64,000 bases of DNA from an uncultured Bacteroidota bacterium (GCA_963766305.1 CAVYAE010000016.1:132592-196591), one strand, 5' to 3'; counted from the stretch's first letter, positions 19,507 through 31,369 are shown. The notes: generated from the letters alone by a model not told the origin. Translations and numbers: made by a program.

Positions 19507-22344
19507 ATGTCAAATAATAAACCGACATACCAGGAACTTGAAGCCATGCTTAAAGCTCGTGAGGATGAATTGAATAAGTTGAAATCCGAAAAATCCATAG
19601 AAAAAACTTCAGTTTTTCACGATCTTTTTACAGAGAACCATTCTATAATGTTAATTATTGAATTCGAGACTGGTAAAATAATAAACGCAAATAAAGAAGC
19701 ATGTAATTTCTATGGGTATTCATTCGATGAATTAGTTGGAATGAATATTAATCAGATAAATACGTTGTCGGAAAAAGAAATAAAGGAGGAGATGCTTAAA
19801 GCCAAAAAGCATATGCAAAATAGATTCTTATTCGGGCACAGGTTAAAAAACGGAGAAATAAAGGACGTTGAAGTTAATAGCGGTAAGATTATTTTAGAAA
19901 ATAAGGAGTATTTACTATCCTTTATACTTGATATCACAGAACGTAAGAATTCAGAACAGGCATTGTTAAGAAACAGCCGTATTTTAGAACTTTTTATTAA
20001 AAATGCTCCTGCTGCAATTGCAATGTTTGATTGTGAAATGAGATATTTGGCATATAGCGCTTGCTATTTGAAAGATTATGATATTGAAGAGCATAATATT
20101 ATCGGACATTCTCATTACGAAGTATTCCCTGAGATTCCTGAGAGGTGGAAGGAAATTCACCGGCGTTGTATTGCCGGAGCAACTGAGCATTGCGATGAAG
20201 ATACTTTTCCAAGAATTAGCGGTAAAACTGATTGGATAAGGTGGTTGATAATTCCGTGGTATGATTCCGATGAAAAAATAGGCGGAATAATTTTGTTTTC
20301 GGAGATTATAACCAAACGCAAACAGGCTGAAATTCTTATCCAGGAAAAAACCAATGAAATTAAAGCCATTAATGAAGAATACAAACAAATAAATAAGGAA
20401 TTAATCCTTACAATTGAAAGAGCAAGAGAAATTGAATCCCGGTTAAAGTTGGCTGTTGCAGCTGGCCAACTTGGAATATGGGATTGGGATGTGAAAGATA
20501 ATATAATGAATTGGGATGAAAGGATGTTTGAACTTTATGGAATATCACATGATATTTTTCCTAACAATGTTGATGTCTGGATTAATAATCTTCATCCCGA
20601 AGATAAACAAAGAGCACTTGATGAATGCAATGCCGCATTAAAAGGAGAAAAAGATTTCAATACAACTTTCAGGATTATTCATCCGGATGGTAATATATTA
20701 TGGATTAAAGCAGACGGAATGGTTATAAGGGATTCAGAAAACAATCCTGCAAGGATGATTGGGATTAATAAAGATATAACGGAACAATACAATGCAAACA
20801 CAGCTGTAACACTTAGTGAAGAAAAATTCCGTACAATTTTTGAAAAATCTAAAGCAATTAAAATTGTATTAAATGCCGACAATGGAGATATTATTGATGC
20901 AAATCCAAGTGCTGTTGAATTTTATCAATATGATAAAAATAAATTACTATCAATGAATATTGCAGATATTAATTTATTATCACGTGAAGAAGTATATAAA
21001 GAGATTCAGATTGCCCGTAATGAATCAAAGTTTTTTTATAAAAGAAAACATCGTAAGGCCAATGGTGATATCGTTGACGTTGAGGTATACAACACTTTTA
21101 TTAAATTAAAAGACATGGTTGTGGTTTACGATTTAATAATTGATGTAACGGAACGTAACAGAATAAGTAATGAATTAATAAATGCAAAAATAAGAGCAGA
21201 AGAGAGTGACAGATTAAAAACTGCGTTTTTGCAAAATGTAAGTCATGAGATAAGAACTCCAATGAACGCTATCATGGGTTTTTCAGAATTGTTATCAAAA
21301 AATTACAATAATAAAGCCAAACTCGATAGATTTTCTCAAATAATAAACCATAGATGTCAGGATTTACTGAACATTATTAATGATTTGCTGGATATAGCCA
21401 AAATTGAGTCGGGACAATATGCCGTCAATATTGAATCATTTAAATTAAAGTCTCTTCTTGCCGAATTAAACATATTTTTCCTTGAAAGTCATAAATATTC
21501 GGATAAACATAATATTAATTTAAAATTTGAAACATCATCCATACCAAATGACATTATCATGATAACTGATAAAGTCAAATTAAAGCAAATATTTATTAAT
21601 CTGATAGATAATGCATTAAAATTTACCCAGAAAGGAGAAATTATAATTGGCGGAAAATTTGATGATCCTGATAAGATAGTTTTTTATGTTTCCGATACAG
21701 GTATTGGCATTCCTGAGGACAGACGGAATCTGATTTTTGAACGGTTTATGCAGGTTGAAACAAGTAAAAAAATAAATTCCGGAGGTACAGGACTGGGTCT
21801 TTCTATTGTTAAAGGATTAGTAAATTTATTGGGTGGTGAAATTTGGTTAGAATCAGAATTATATAAGGGAAGTACATTTTATTTTACTATTTCATACACC
21901 TTATCCAATAAAAGTGAAATAAACGTGGTATCGGATCAAATATATGAAAAATATGATTTTTCAAACAGATCAATTTTGATAGTTGAAGATGATATTTATA
22001 ATGTCGAATATATTGATGAAATATTGCATAATACCGGTGTGAAATTGCTAAAAACACCTTATGGAAATGAGGCTATTGAATTATCAAAGACAAATCAGAT
22101 TGATTTAATTTTAATGGATATAAGGCTTCCGGATATTAACGGATATGATGCAATTAATAAGATAAAACAAATTAAGCCTGAAATTAAAATTATAGCCCAA
22201 ACAGCCTATGCTTCCCATGAAGATAAGCAAAAAGCATTTGACGCGGGTTGTATTGATTATATTAGCAAACCGTTGGAATCAGATAATTTATTATCTATAC
22301 TACAAAAGTATTTGTGTAAGAATATATATAATTCAATAAAATAA
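19507..22344 (+). CDS. Hybrid sensor histidine kinase (multiple PAS domains, HisKA, HATPase, C-terminal receiver)
   Basis: 945 aa. H-box SHEIRTPMNAI, G-boxes DTGIGI and GGTGLGLSIV, and a receiver domain with DLILMDIRLPDINGYD. Confidence 0.9.
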   Translation: MSNNKPTYQELEAMLKAREDELNKLKSEKSIEKTSVFHDLFTENHSIMLIIEFETGKIINANKEACNFYGYSFDELVGMNINQINTLSEKEIKEEMLKAKKHMQNRFLFGHRLKNGEIKDVEVNSGKIILENKEYLLSFILDITERKNSEQALLRNSRILELFIKNAPAAIAMFDCEMRYLAYSACYLKDYDIEEHNIIGHSHYEVFPEIPERWKEIHRRCIAGATEHCDEDTFPRISGKTDWIRWLIIPWYDSDEKIGGIILFSEIITKRKQAEILIQEKTNEIKAINEEYKQINKELILTIERAREIESRLKLAVAAGQLGIWDWDVKDNIMNWDERMFELYGISHDIFPNNVDVWINNLHPEDKQRALDECNAALKGEKDFNTTFRIIHPDGNILWIKADGMVIRDSENNPARMIGINKDITEQYNANTAVTLSEEKFRTIFEKSKAIKIVLNADNGDIIDANPSAVEFYQYDKNKLLSMNIADINLLSREEVYKEIQIARNESKFFYKRKHRKANGDIVDVEVYNTFIKLKDMVVVYDLIIDVTERNRISNELINAKIRAEESDRLKTAFLQNVSHEIRTPMNAIMGFSELLSKNYNNKAKLDRFSQIINHRCQDLLNIINDLLDIAKIESGQYAVNIESFKLKSLLAELNIFFLESHKYSDKHNINLKFETSSIPNDIIMITDKVKLKQIFINLIDNALKFTQKGEIIIGGKFDDPDKIVFYVSDTGIGIPEDRRNLIFERFMQVETSKKINSGGTGLGLSIVKGLVNLLGGEIWLESELYKGSTFYFTISYTLSNKSEINVVSDQIYEKYDFSNRSILIVEDDIYNVEYIDEILHNTGVKLLKTPYGNEAIELSKTNQIDLILMDIRLPDINGYDAINKIKQIKPEIKIIAQTAYASHEDKQKAFDAGCIDYISKPLESDNLLSILQKYLCKNIYNSIK

Positions 22345-22351
22345 ATATAGG

Positions 22352-22987
22352 CTAGGTTTCATAATATTCAGCAAGATAATTAATAGCATCAGGACCTGTA
22401 TTAAAGATCAGATCTATTATACTTAAATTTGCAATATATCCTGACTTGGGTGAGAATACCTGTCGGTATTCAGGAATCGTCAATTTCAGGGGATTATTAT
22501 TTTTATAATTTTTTGGGTTAATATTAAAACGTAAATCTATAAAGTCTTTTGTTACAGTCTTTATAAATTCGTTTGTAACTGTTAAGTATAAAGGTATTCC
22601 TATAATACTGCAAGTTTTTGCAAGTATTTCATTGTTAAAATCAATCAGGTAATTGAAATGATGATAGAAAAATGGTATAAATTCATCAATATAATATTCA
22701 TAATAAGGTGAATTACGATATGCCGATTCAATAGCTCTGAAATGAATTTTCTGCCAGTTGGAGGAATAATCTATTTTAATCTCTTTGGTTAATATTTTAG
22801 GTTGGTTTCCACGGTTAACAGGCACTGACAATGTAAGAGGCCCGTTGGCTCCATAAATAATACAGCGGTTCCTGTAAGTTTGTTTTGGAAAATTTTCCAT
22901 CCCTTCAATTAAAACTCTTCTGCCTCCTCTCAGACTTGAATAGTATTCAACAGGTCCGAAGTAAGCAGTTGAAAGTAAGATATCCAT
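22352..22987 (-). CDS. WbqC-like family protein
   Basis: 211 aa. The N-terminus, MDILLSTAYFGPVEYYS, and the length match the WbqC-like family. Confidence 0.75.
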   Translation of the reverse strand: MDILLSTAYFGPVEYYSSLRGGRRVLIEGMENFPKQTYRNRCIIYGANGPLTLSVPVNRGNQPKILTKEIKIDYSSNWQKIHFRAIESAYRNSPYYEYYIDEFIPFFYHHFNYLIDFNNEILAKTCSIIGIPLYLTVTNEFIKTVTKDFIDLRFNINPKNYKNNNPLKLTIPEYRQVFSPKSGYIANLSIIDLIFNTGPDAINYLAEYYET

Positions 22988-23171
22988 TATATAATTTAAT
23001 GATTTATAATTGATACATTATTTTATTTACTAATTGAATGTACAATTATTAATAAATAGTTAAATTGTTGTAAATTATTATTCACGATAAATTTTATCTT
23101 ATAAATAAATATAAATTTAACTTTTAGATTTTTAAATCCTATTGAGTGAAGTAATTCTTTTTAACCCTATT

Positions 23172-24494
23172 ATGAAACACGAAGATTTTATAGTTAAAGA
23201 ACTTGGAAAGGCAACCATAAAATCGCCATTGGTACAATATATACAAAATGCACATTCTACATATGATTTTGTGAAAGATTCTGACAGAGTATTATACGAT
23301 CCGTCACTGGATAATTTTATAGAAAGCAGCAAGGCAGTTAAATTACCTATATCTTTCGAAAAAGCAGGACCGAGAGAATTTTTATTTTTTGAACCGGCAA
23401 AGACAAAAGTAGCTATAGTCACCTGCGGTGGCCTGTGCCCGGGACTGAACAATGTGATTAGGAGTATTGTTAATCAGTTATTTTACAGGTATGGAGTAAC
23501 ACGGATCATAGGTATAAAATATGGTTTTGAAGGGTTTATTCCCGAATACAACCATCCTGTTATTGAACTCACCACACGAATAGTTGATGATATCCACCTC
23601 ACTGGTGGGTCAATACTCGGATCTTCACGCGGTAACCAGGATGTTGGTAAAATAGTCGACTCTCTTGAAATGTTAAATATAAATATCCTGTTTTGCATAG
23701 GAGGTGATGGCACCTTGCACGGTGCTCATGCCATTTACGAAGAAATTCACAAGCGTAAACTTAAAATATCTGTTGCCGGAGTACCTAAAACTATTGATAA
23801 TGACATTAATCTTATAGACCAGTCCTTTGGATTTGAAACCGCATTTACTATTGCAAATGATATAATTAAGAGTGTGCATAATGAAGCTATTGGAGCTTAT
23901 AATGGAATATCACTTTTAAAGCTTATGGGGCGCGACTCAGGTTTTATAGCAGCCTATTCTGCCTTATCAATAGGAGAGGTTAATTTCGTGCTTATCCCGG
24001 AAATACACTTTGACCTGTACGGACCTAACGGCTTTTTAAAAGCACTGCGTAAGCGGCTTGAAACAAGACACCATGCATTAATTGTGGTTGCGGAAGGTGC
24101 AGGGCAGTATTTTTTTGAAAATGACGACACTGAAAAAGATGCCTCAGGTAATATTATCAATAAGGATATTGGTTTATATTTGAAAAACAAGATTTCAGAA
24201 GAATTTAATGCCAGGAATTTTCCCCATACCCTTAAATATATCGACCCGAGTTATATAATAAGAAGTGCTCCTGCCAATGCAAACGACAGCAAGTTTTGCG
24301 GTTTGCTTGCTCAGAATGTGGTGCACGCGGCCATGGCAGGCAAAACTGATTTTGTTATAGGAAACTGGAATAACTGCTTTACTCTTCTTCCTATACCTGT
24401 AGCTGTATCCAAAAGAAAAATAATAGATATAGAAGGCGAACTGTGGTGGAACGTTCTGGAGACGACCGGACAACCTGTATCTATGGTAAATTAG
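23172..24494 (+). CDS. pfkA: 6-phosphofructokinase (GGDG motif suggests the ATP-dependent type)
   Basis: Motifs TCGGLCPGLN, IGGDGT and PKTIDNDI. The track ORF opens at TTG 23142; the first ATG is at 23172. Confidence 0.85.
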   Translation: MKHEDFIVKELGKATIKSPLVQYIQNAHSTYDFVKDSDRVLYDPSLDNFIESSKAVKLPISFEKAGPREFLFFEPAKTKVAIVTCGGLCPGLNNVIRSIVNQLFYRYGVTRIIGIKYGFEGFIPEYNHPVIELTTRIVDDIHLTGGSILGSSRGNQDVGKIVDSLEMLNINILFCIGGDGTLHGAHAIYEEIHKRKLKISVAGVPKTIDNDINLIDQSFGFETAFTIANDIIKSVHNEAIGAYNGISLLKLMGRDSGFIAAYSALSIGEVNFVLIPEIHFDLYGPNGFLKALRKRLETRHHALIVVAEGAGQYFFENDDTEKDASGNIINKDIGLYLKNKISEEFNARNFPHTLKYIDPSYIIRSAPANANDSKFCGLLAQNVVHAAMAGKTDFVIGNWNNCFTLLPIPVAVSKRKIIDIEGELWWNVLETTGQPVSMVN

Positions 24495-24514
24495 TTCTGT
24501 AAAAATAAAAAAAT

Positions 24515-26684
24515 ATGAATAAAAAAGTCTTGATTGCATTTTTGGCTTTATTATTTGCATCATACAGTTGCAATAAAAATCACAAGGCGTTTAAATCGAC
24601 TTTTGGTATAATTACCCGTAATTTCACTGCATTAAATGGAAAGGTTGAAATTGATTCTGTACCCACGGAAAATGGTAAGGATGTCTTTGAGATATGTACA
24701 CAAAATAATAAATTAATTATTAACGCATCATCGGCAAGTTCCTCTGCATATGGGTTATATTATTATCTTACTCAGTATTGTAAGTGCCAGCTATCAAAAG
24801 CAGGTAAAAACATTAATATTCCGGAGGTATTACCTTCCATACCTAATAAAATAAGGATAGTTAGTCCTTACAAATACAGGTATTTCCTTAATTACTGCAC
24901 CTTTAACTATACCATGTCATGGTGGGACTGGCCGCGCTGGGAGCAGGAGTTGGACTGGATGGCCTTGCATGGTATTAATTTGTCGCTGGCAGTGGTGGGT
25001 AACTGAAGCTGTATGGCAAAATACACTCCGTCAGTTTAATTTTACAGACAAGGAAATAATTGATTTTTTACCGGGTCCGGCATATACTGCGTGGTGGCTA
25101 ATGGGTAATCTTGAAGGCTGGGGAGGTCCTGTTTCTCAAAAATGGATAGATGGACGGGTTGAACTGCAGAAAAAAATTGTTAATCGCATGCATGAATTAG
25201 GGATAGAACCAGTATTTCAGGGATTCTATGGCATGGTTCCGCATCTTTTGGAAAAGAAATATCCGCATGCAACTATATATGATCTTGGTTATTGGGGTGG
25301 TGACAGTACCTCCGGTTTCTATCGTCCGCCAATACTGGAGCCCACCGATTCCCTGTTTACAAAAATTTCTGCTGTATATTATGAACAACTACAAAAGTTA
25401 TATGGGAAAAACAAATTTTTTGGTGGAGATCCTTTTCATGAATTAAGCGGATCACTGTCGGGAATTAATATTACCAAAGCAGCCACTGCAATTCAGCAAG
25501 ATATGCTTAAAGCTAATGATAAAGCTGTTTGGGTGTTGCAGGGTTGGCTTAATAATCCTTTGGATCCTTTACTCGCCGGAATAGATAAGGAACATACCTT
25601 AGTACTTGATTTGTTTTGCGAATCACATCCTAACTATAATAAACGCAACTCATTCAATGACAAATACTTTGTTTGGAGCATCATCAGCAATTTTGGTTCA
25701 AATACCGGGCTAAACTTTTTGTCGGATTCAATAATTAAAGGACCTGTCGAAGCTTTGAAAAGTAAATATTCTTCTAATTTAAAAGGGATTGGCATGATGA
25801 TGGAAGGAGATGAAACACTTCCATATATATATGAACTGTTATTTTCTATGGCCTGGAAATCTGATACGGTTAATGCTTTGGACTGTCTGAACAAATACTC
25901 ACTTGCGCGTTATGGAATCTTACCTGCATCCATTACAAAAGCTAATGAATTGTTACTTAAAACAGTATATAATGCTGGAGGAGGAGGTATTATTGAATCG
26001 ATATTATGTGCAAGGCCCGGCCTTGACCTTAAAAAAGCTTCAACCTGGGGTAGTGCTATCATTACCTATAATACAAAAACATTTGAACGGGCAGTATTTC
26101 TATTTGCCCAATGTTCTGAAATGCTTAAAAATAATGACGGATATAATTATGACATTACTGATTTCACACGGCAGGTTTTAGTTAACAGGGTTCAGGGTGT
26201 ATATGACAGTATTTGTTATGATTATAAATTAAAAAATATATTGGAATTCAATAAACATGTAAATAATTTTACAGAGTTATTGAAAGATATAAATAATTTG
26301 CTATCCTCCAGAGATGAATTCCTTTTAGGAAGATGGATTGAAACTGCCAAAAGCAATGCTACAGACGAACAGGAAAAAAAACTCTTTGAATGGAATGCCA
26401 GAATGTTGATTACCTTATGGGGAGATAAAAATGCCAATGGCCTGGTTCATGATTATTCTTTCCGGGAATGGAACGGGTTGATTTCTGATTTTTACCTTCC
26501 CCGCTGGCAATTGTATTTTGATAATCTCAGAAAAAAATTGGAAGGAAGGAAAACCTCAGATGTTGATTTTTATTCCTGGGAACTTAACTGGACAAAAGGA
26601 AACAATTATTTTTCCGATAAACCTGAAGGTAACCCCACGGATATTTCAATATCAATTCTTAAGAAGTACAAGGTTTTGAATTGA
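24515..26684 (+). pseudogene. Alpha-N-acetylglucosaminidase (GH89, NAGLU-like) interrupted by a 1-nt frameshift near 25001..25006
   Basis: ORF 24515..25006 ends ...WWDWPRWEQELDWMALHGINLSLAVVGN*. ORF 24969..26684 continues in the +1 frame with EAVWQNTLRQFNFTDKEIIDFLPGPAYTAWWLMGNLEGWGGP. Together they make one colinear NAGLU-like protein. Confidence 0.8.
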
Positions 26685-26719
26685 AGTAATTTTTATGATT
26701 TTGCATTTTATAAATAATA

Positions 26720-28891
26720 TTAATTACCTGCTACCACAAAAGGAAGAGTAACTGATTCCGAGTTTGTTAAAATTTTTAAAAAATACATTCCAGGATGAAG
26801 ATTAAAGGAAACTTTTGAAATACCTAAAGATATAAAATAACTAATTGGCATAATTTTACCTGTAATGTCATAACATTGTAAACCTTTAATATTTACTCCA
26901 TATGCAGTTACTATGTTAAGCAAATCATAGCAGGGATTTGGATACAAGCTTACAGGTCTGGATTGTGGGATTACCGTTTTGCCATGGCATTCAATAAGGC
27001 CTATAGCCATTGATGAATACATTGCGGGAGAAGTAACTTCATCCAGTGGGTGCCATGAGCCATTGTAGGCTAATACCGTAGATGGTCCGTTTATGCCTTT
27101 ATTTTGGCAATGATAAGGTATAAAACTGTCGCGTTCGGAATAGGAATAACTTATAAAAAAGTTACCTGAAACTTTAACAACAGAATCCAAACCAATAAAA
27201 TTAACTGATTTTTCAATTATGTTTCTTAGAAAAACATCCTGAGTATAAATAATTTTTGAAGGCAATGAATCTCCGGACCATATATTGATAGTTAAGGTTG
27301 ACAATGGCCCTGAAGCAAAGGCTTTGTTGACATCAAAATAAATACCGTATATATCCAGCCATGAAGGGATAAAAAATTTTTCAGCTAAGTTGGATATATT
27401 GGTTGACTGATAATTTACAGACCATGGAAAATCTGTCTGGTCATAATCGGTTTGTTTTAATGAATAATTCCATGTGGTATCACAATCTGAAATATTTATA
27501 CTGTATGGATCATAGCCGTTCATGGTATTAATCCCTGAATTTCCCGGATCTAGCCATGCTTTAAGCTGATTTTGCGGATTTGAATTTTTATCCCAGGCCA
27601 GTGCAAATCTGGTATAATAATCACCTGCTGCCTGTTCAGTGCAACTGGCAGGGCCACCGGTTAAGGAACCAACTACCCTGTGATTACCGTCAAATATAGG
27701 AGCTCCCGATGAGCCGGCTTCGGTGGCACCAATATTATAATTTGTAACTTCCCAGAAACTGGTTGAATCATAGCCCAACCCGGTATTGAATGTTCCTGTC
27801 TGTAACGGATTAAAATCAAATGAAATTTTTTTTACTGCTCCGTTTGGATGATGAATAACGGTACCACTTTGAGGTTGATTGTCACTCCAATCCCATCCTA
27901 AAAAAAAAGGATGATAGCTGATGGGAGGTAAATCATTTAATTTGAGCAGCACAAAATCAATATCAAAATCGGTGGTAGATACCAGTGATGCACCTGATAA
28001 AGTCTGCGCGGAATTTATATAGGATGAATCGCAGTAAATTTTTTCATAATTAAAATAAAAAATTGACCCCGGTATTGAGGAGGAATCGTCGATACAATGA
28101 TTAGCTGTAAGAAAATACGGGGTTTTATCTTCAGTCCTGTCAGCTATTAATGACCCTGTACATAGTTCATCACCAACCAGGATTTTACAAACAGCTTTTT
28201 TTTCTGATTGCCAGCCGGCCCCGTCAGGGCAATTAATATCAACATAACATTTTCCTATAGGAACAGGATCATACTGATTATTAAGGGTATGAATTCCAAA
28301 TGCATTTTTATAATCGTGTCCTACACCGGTAAGTACTAATTTGCCATATTCCATAATTTCATTTGGAATATTTAATTCCACAATGATTGTATCCAAAGGT
28401 AAAGGAGGTATTGACAATACATTATTAATATTATTGTTTTTCTTTGTATAAGCCCCGTTTAAATGTACATAGTGAGGAGTATAAACAAATAAGTTCACCA
28501 TATCATTTAATTTATAGGTACCAAAAACAAGATACAGGGAGTATGCATTTTCAGATACAATACCAAGTCTCCAGAGTTTTCCTTTTTTTGAAATATCCCA
28601 TTGGCCTGAATTCTCAGGAGAAAACGCCATTTTGAAAAGTTTAGCAAACCTTTCAGATTTTACTCCCTTTGATTGTTTTAAAGCCTCTTCATTTTTTATG
28701 GTTTCCATGTTTAATGGTTCCATTTTAACATAATCGGTAACTGAATGCAAACCAAGGCTATAACTAAATGGTAAGGCAACTTTTGTAATCTGGGCATTAA
28801 CTTTTAAACAAAAAAGTATAATACTTATGGTAACTATTTTTATTTTAAGTACATTATTCACACTAATTAATTTTGTCCTGATTCTTTCCAA
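26720..28891 (-). CDS. T9SS-secreted trypsin-like (S1 family, lysyl-endopeptidase-like) serine protease
   Basis: 723 aa. Catalytic-triad contexts are TANHC, DFVLLKL and GSSGAP. The C-terminal ~80 aa carry LYPNP and a beta-rich tail typical of a type IX secretion sorting domain. The start at 28891 is TTG; an in-frame GTG a few codons downstream is an alternative. Confidence 0.8.
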   Translation of the reverse strand: MERIRTKLISVNNVLKIKIVTISIILFCLKVNAQITKVALPFSYSLGLHSVTDYVKMEPLNMETIKNEEALKQSKGVKSERFAKLFKMAFSPENSGQWDISKKGKLWRLGIVSENAYSLYLVFGTYKLNDMVNLFVYTPHYVHLNGAYTKKNNNINNVLSIPPLPLDTIIVELNIPNEIMEYGKLVLTGVGHDYKNAFGIHTLNNQYDPVPIGKCYVDINCPDGAGWQSEKKAVCKILVGDELCTGSLIADRTEDKTPYFLTANHCIDDSSSIPGSIFYFNYEKIYCDSSYINSAQTLSGASLVSTTDFDIDFVLLKLNDLPPISYHPFFLGWDWSDNQPQSGTVIHHPNGAVKKISFDFNPLQTGTFNTGLGYDSTSFWEVTNYNIGATEAGSSGAPIFDGNHRVVGSLTGGPASCTEQAAGDYYTRFALAWDKNSNPQNQLKAWLDPGNSGINTMNGYDPYSINISDCDTTWNYSLKQTDYDQTDFPWSVNYQSTNISNLAEKFFIPSWLDIYGIYFDVNKAFASGPLSTLTINIWSGDSLPSKIIYTQDVFLRNIIEKSVNFIGLDSVVKVSGNFFISYSYSERDSFIPYHCQNKGINGPSTVLAYNGSWHPLDEVTSPAMYSSMAIGLIECHGKTVIPQSRPVSLYPNPCYDLLNIVTAYGVNIKGLQCYDITGKIMPISYFISLGISKVSFNLHPGMYFLKILTNSESVTLPFVVAGN

Positions 28892-28967
28892 TCACTTGCG
28901 GCTCCTGATTAATGGATTTAGATACATAACTCTTGCCCTTTGTCCTGGACTTGTTTATCTATATGTG

Positions 28968-31139
28968 TTAAAATGAATAAAATATATTCAAAGTAATTTC
29001 CCGTCCGGGCATATTATAACCATCTTTTTCTGTATAGTTCTCATCCAAGAGGTTTTTAAGAGTTAATCCAAATGTATATTGATTGGCTATAGTGTAACCT
29101 GCCGATAAATCAAAAATAATAAATTCAGGCATTTGTATAACGGGATTATATATTAAAGCCGGCCGGATTTGTGTTCCACCCGGCGTTGTCAAAGGAACGG
29201 GCTTAAGATTGCTGTCGTAACCTATAAGCAGGTTATCTTCAAATCTGTGACCACTGAACCTTCCGTTAATTCTTAGTTTAAAGGATTTGAAACCCATGTA
29301 ATCCATTCCAAATGATGCATTGTATTTTCGTATATATTTCATTTGACTTGTAACATCTGCATTTGTCAATGTTGAATTGAAGAGCCATGTAATGTTTGCA
29401 TATATTTTAAGAGAATATTTATATCCCGATAGAGAGCCAATATCATAACTTATTAAACCTTCAATTCCATTTGATAAAGCGCTGCTGGCATTTGCATAAC
29501 TAACAGAATCTTTTCCGGTTAAAGTGCTGACTATAATATTGTTTTGTTTATTGTCAAAAAAGCTTAATTCAGCTTTGGTGCCAATTTTATTATTTTCATA
29601 TGTGATACCTGCATCAAACGATTCAGATGATTCAGGTCTCAGATTGGGGTTCCCGTTATACACAAAGGCAATTGTAGAATAACTTCCGGCTTTTTCATAA
29701 GCTGCGGGAGTTAAAAATGCAGTGCCGGCACTTGCATGAATATTTAATTCAGGCAATAACATAAATTTTAAATTTATATTAGGATTAAAAGTACTATAAG
29801 TTTTATCCGAATTCTCAGAAGGAAGAAATTCAGTCTTATATACTGTAGAATAAATAAAGTCGTACCTGGCACCTATAGAGGAAACCAATTTATTATTTAA
29901 TGAATTTAACTTTACCTGCAGGAAGACTCCGGTGGGTGAATTTAAGTAATCAGGTTGTGACGGAGTCGTTCTCTGAGATTTATTTATCCATGCTTCATTT
30001 ACATAATCCTCTGAATGATTATCAATACCAAATATTGCATAATTATTACCTTTTTTAATTTCATCCTGCAGAACAAAACCAAATGATTTATAGTTATTGC
30101 TGGTTTGTACATAACCTGTATCAGAGGCATTATTATAATAAAAGGTATTTTCATTACTGAAGTAAGGTGAAAACCTTAATGAATGAATACCCGATTTTCC
30201 TGTTAAAGTAATACATTGATACCATCTTTCTATCGTTCTTTTTGAGCTGCCGGTTATTCCCCAAAAATCACCATTATCAAAGATAGGATTTGCAACAAAA
30301 AGATTTTCAAATAAATTTATTTGCCAATTTTTTGAAAATGAATATCCAAACCGTAGTTTGTCGTCATTTTTGCCATATCTGGTATTCGAGAAAGTTTGTC
30401 CGTACGTACCGGACATTACTTCCCTGTCGTAAATCGAATAATTAAGCAGATGGTGACTGCCTGTTTTGTAATCATTATTCTGGTTAAGTGTTTTTATGCT
30501 GAGGTCAAAGGTTAACCTTTTGTTAATAGATCCTCCGGACTGAACATTAAACGAATAAGTATTGTAACTTCCACCTGATACTTTGGCCAGGCTTCGTACT
30601 GTATCATAGCTCACCGGAGTAACTATGTTGATTACCCCGGCCATAGCACCCGAACCGAAAAAAGAGGAATACGGTCCTTTCAGAACCTCAACCTGGACAG
30701 CATTGGTCAAATCAACTGTAGATGGGTTCTGTGTACCTGCAGGTAAACCATTTAACATTATTGTGGTATATGTTCCGGTAAAAGCCAAGGGTGCAAATCC
30801 CCGCATACCTATGTAAGATTGAAATCCCGGATAGGCAGTAACATCAACACCTGAAGATTTTTTCAATAATTCATCTACACTTTCGTTTGGTATCTCATTA
30901 ATATCCAATGTATTCAATATCTGAATATCCTGTGGAAGTACCTTCAGGTCAAATTTTTCCCTGAATGCTGAAACAGTAGCTGTATCAATTTGATTATTAA
31001 TTGAGATTGATTTAAGTGAATCAGATTTTTGAGCAAAAACAGTTAAGGTACAGGCTATTATGCAGACTTTTGTTAGAGCTAAAACCTGAATTAATTTGTA
31101 ATTACATTTTCTTACTGGTTTCATACTTATAACTTTCAT
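28968..31139 (-). CDS. TonB-dependent outer-membrane receptor
   Basis: 723 aa with a signal peptide, a plug region (VDVTAYPGFQSYIGMRGF) and a long beta-barrel ending in the terminal aromatic residues YSF. Confidence 0.9.
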   Translation of the reverse strand: MKVISMKPVRKCNYKLIQVLALTKVCIIACTLTVFAQKSDSLKSISINNQIDTATVSAFREKFDLKVLPQDIQILNTLDINEIPNESVDELLKKSSGVDVTAYPGFQSYIGMRGFAPLAFTGTYTTIMLNGLPAGTQNPSTVDLTNAVQVEVLKGPYSSFFGSGAMAGVINIVTPVSYDTVRSLAKVSGGSYNTYSFNVQSGGSINKRLTFDLSIKTLNQNNDYKTGSHHLLNYSIYDREVMSGTYGQTFSNTRYGKNDDKLRFGYSFSKNWQINLFENLFVANPIFDNGDFWGITGSSKRTIERWYQCITLTGKSGIHSLRFSPYFSNENTFYYNNASDTGYVQTSNNYKSFGFVLQDEIKKGNNYAIFGIDNHSEDYVNEAWINKSQRTTPSQPDYLNSPTGVFLQVKLNSLNNKLVSSIGARYDFIYSTVYKTEFLPSENSDKTYSTFNPNINLKFMLLPELNIHASAGTAFLTPAAYEKAGSYSTIAFVYNGNPNLRPESSESFDAGITYENNKIGTKAELSFFDNKQNNIIVSTLTGKDSVSYANASSALSNGIEGLISYDIGSLSGYKYSLKIYANITWLFNSTLTNADVTSQMKYIRKYNASFGMDYMGFKSFKLRINGRFSGHRFEDNLLIGYDSNLKPVPLTTPGGTQIRPALIYNPVIQMPEFIIFDLSAGYTIANQYTFGLTLKNLLDENYTEKDGYNMPGREITLNIFYSF

Positions 31140-31369
31140 TTCTAACTTGTTTTTAGTATAGATTTTTTATCAGTAAACCGTAATTTGTCATTAAAAATAA
31201 ACAATTTTCAAATTTTGATCCGTTAAATATTTAATTATAAGGTCAGATCTAATTCGCATTTATAACTTGAAAAGGTCATAATTTATTTAAATAGTCTTTT
31301 CGATTATATATGATAATAGATTGATTTTAAATGTATCATGTATAATTTATTTAGATGGTGATGCTCGTT

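Noticed and set aside
24195-24563. 122-aa minus-strand ORF across the pfk 3' end and the GH89 5' end
   Set aside because: It overlaps two well-supported plus-strand genes and has no recognisable motifs or signal.
31140-31369. Cobalamin riboswitch or Fur box upstream of the TonB-dependent receptor, and at 34030..34130 upstream of the ABC operon
   Set aside because: Both regions are almost entirely A/T. They lack the G+C-rich conserved helices of a cobalamin riboswitch, and I saw no 19-bp Fur-like palindrome by eye. A covariance-model scan would be needed to be certain.
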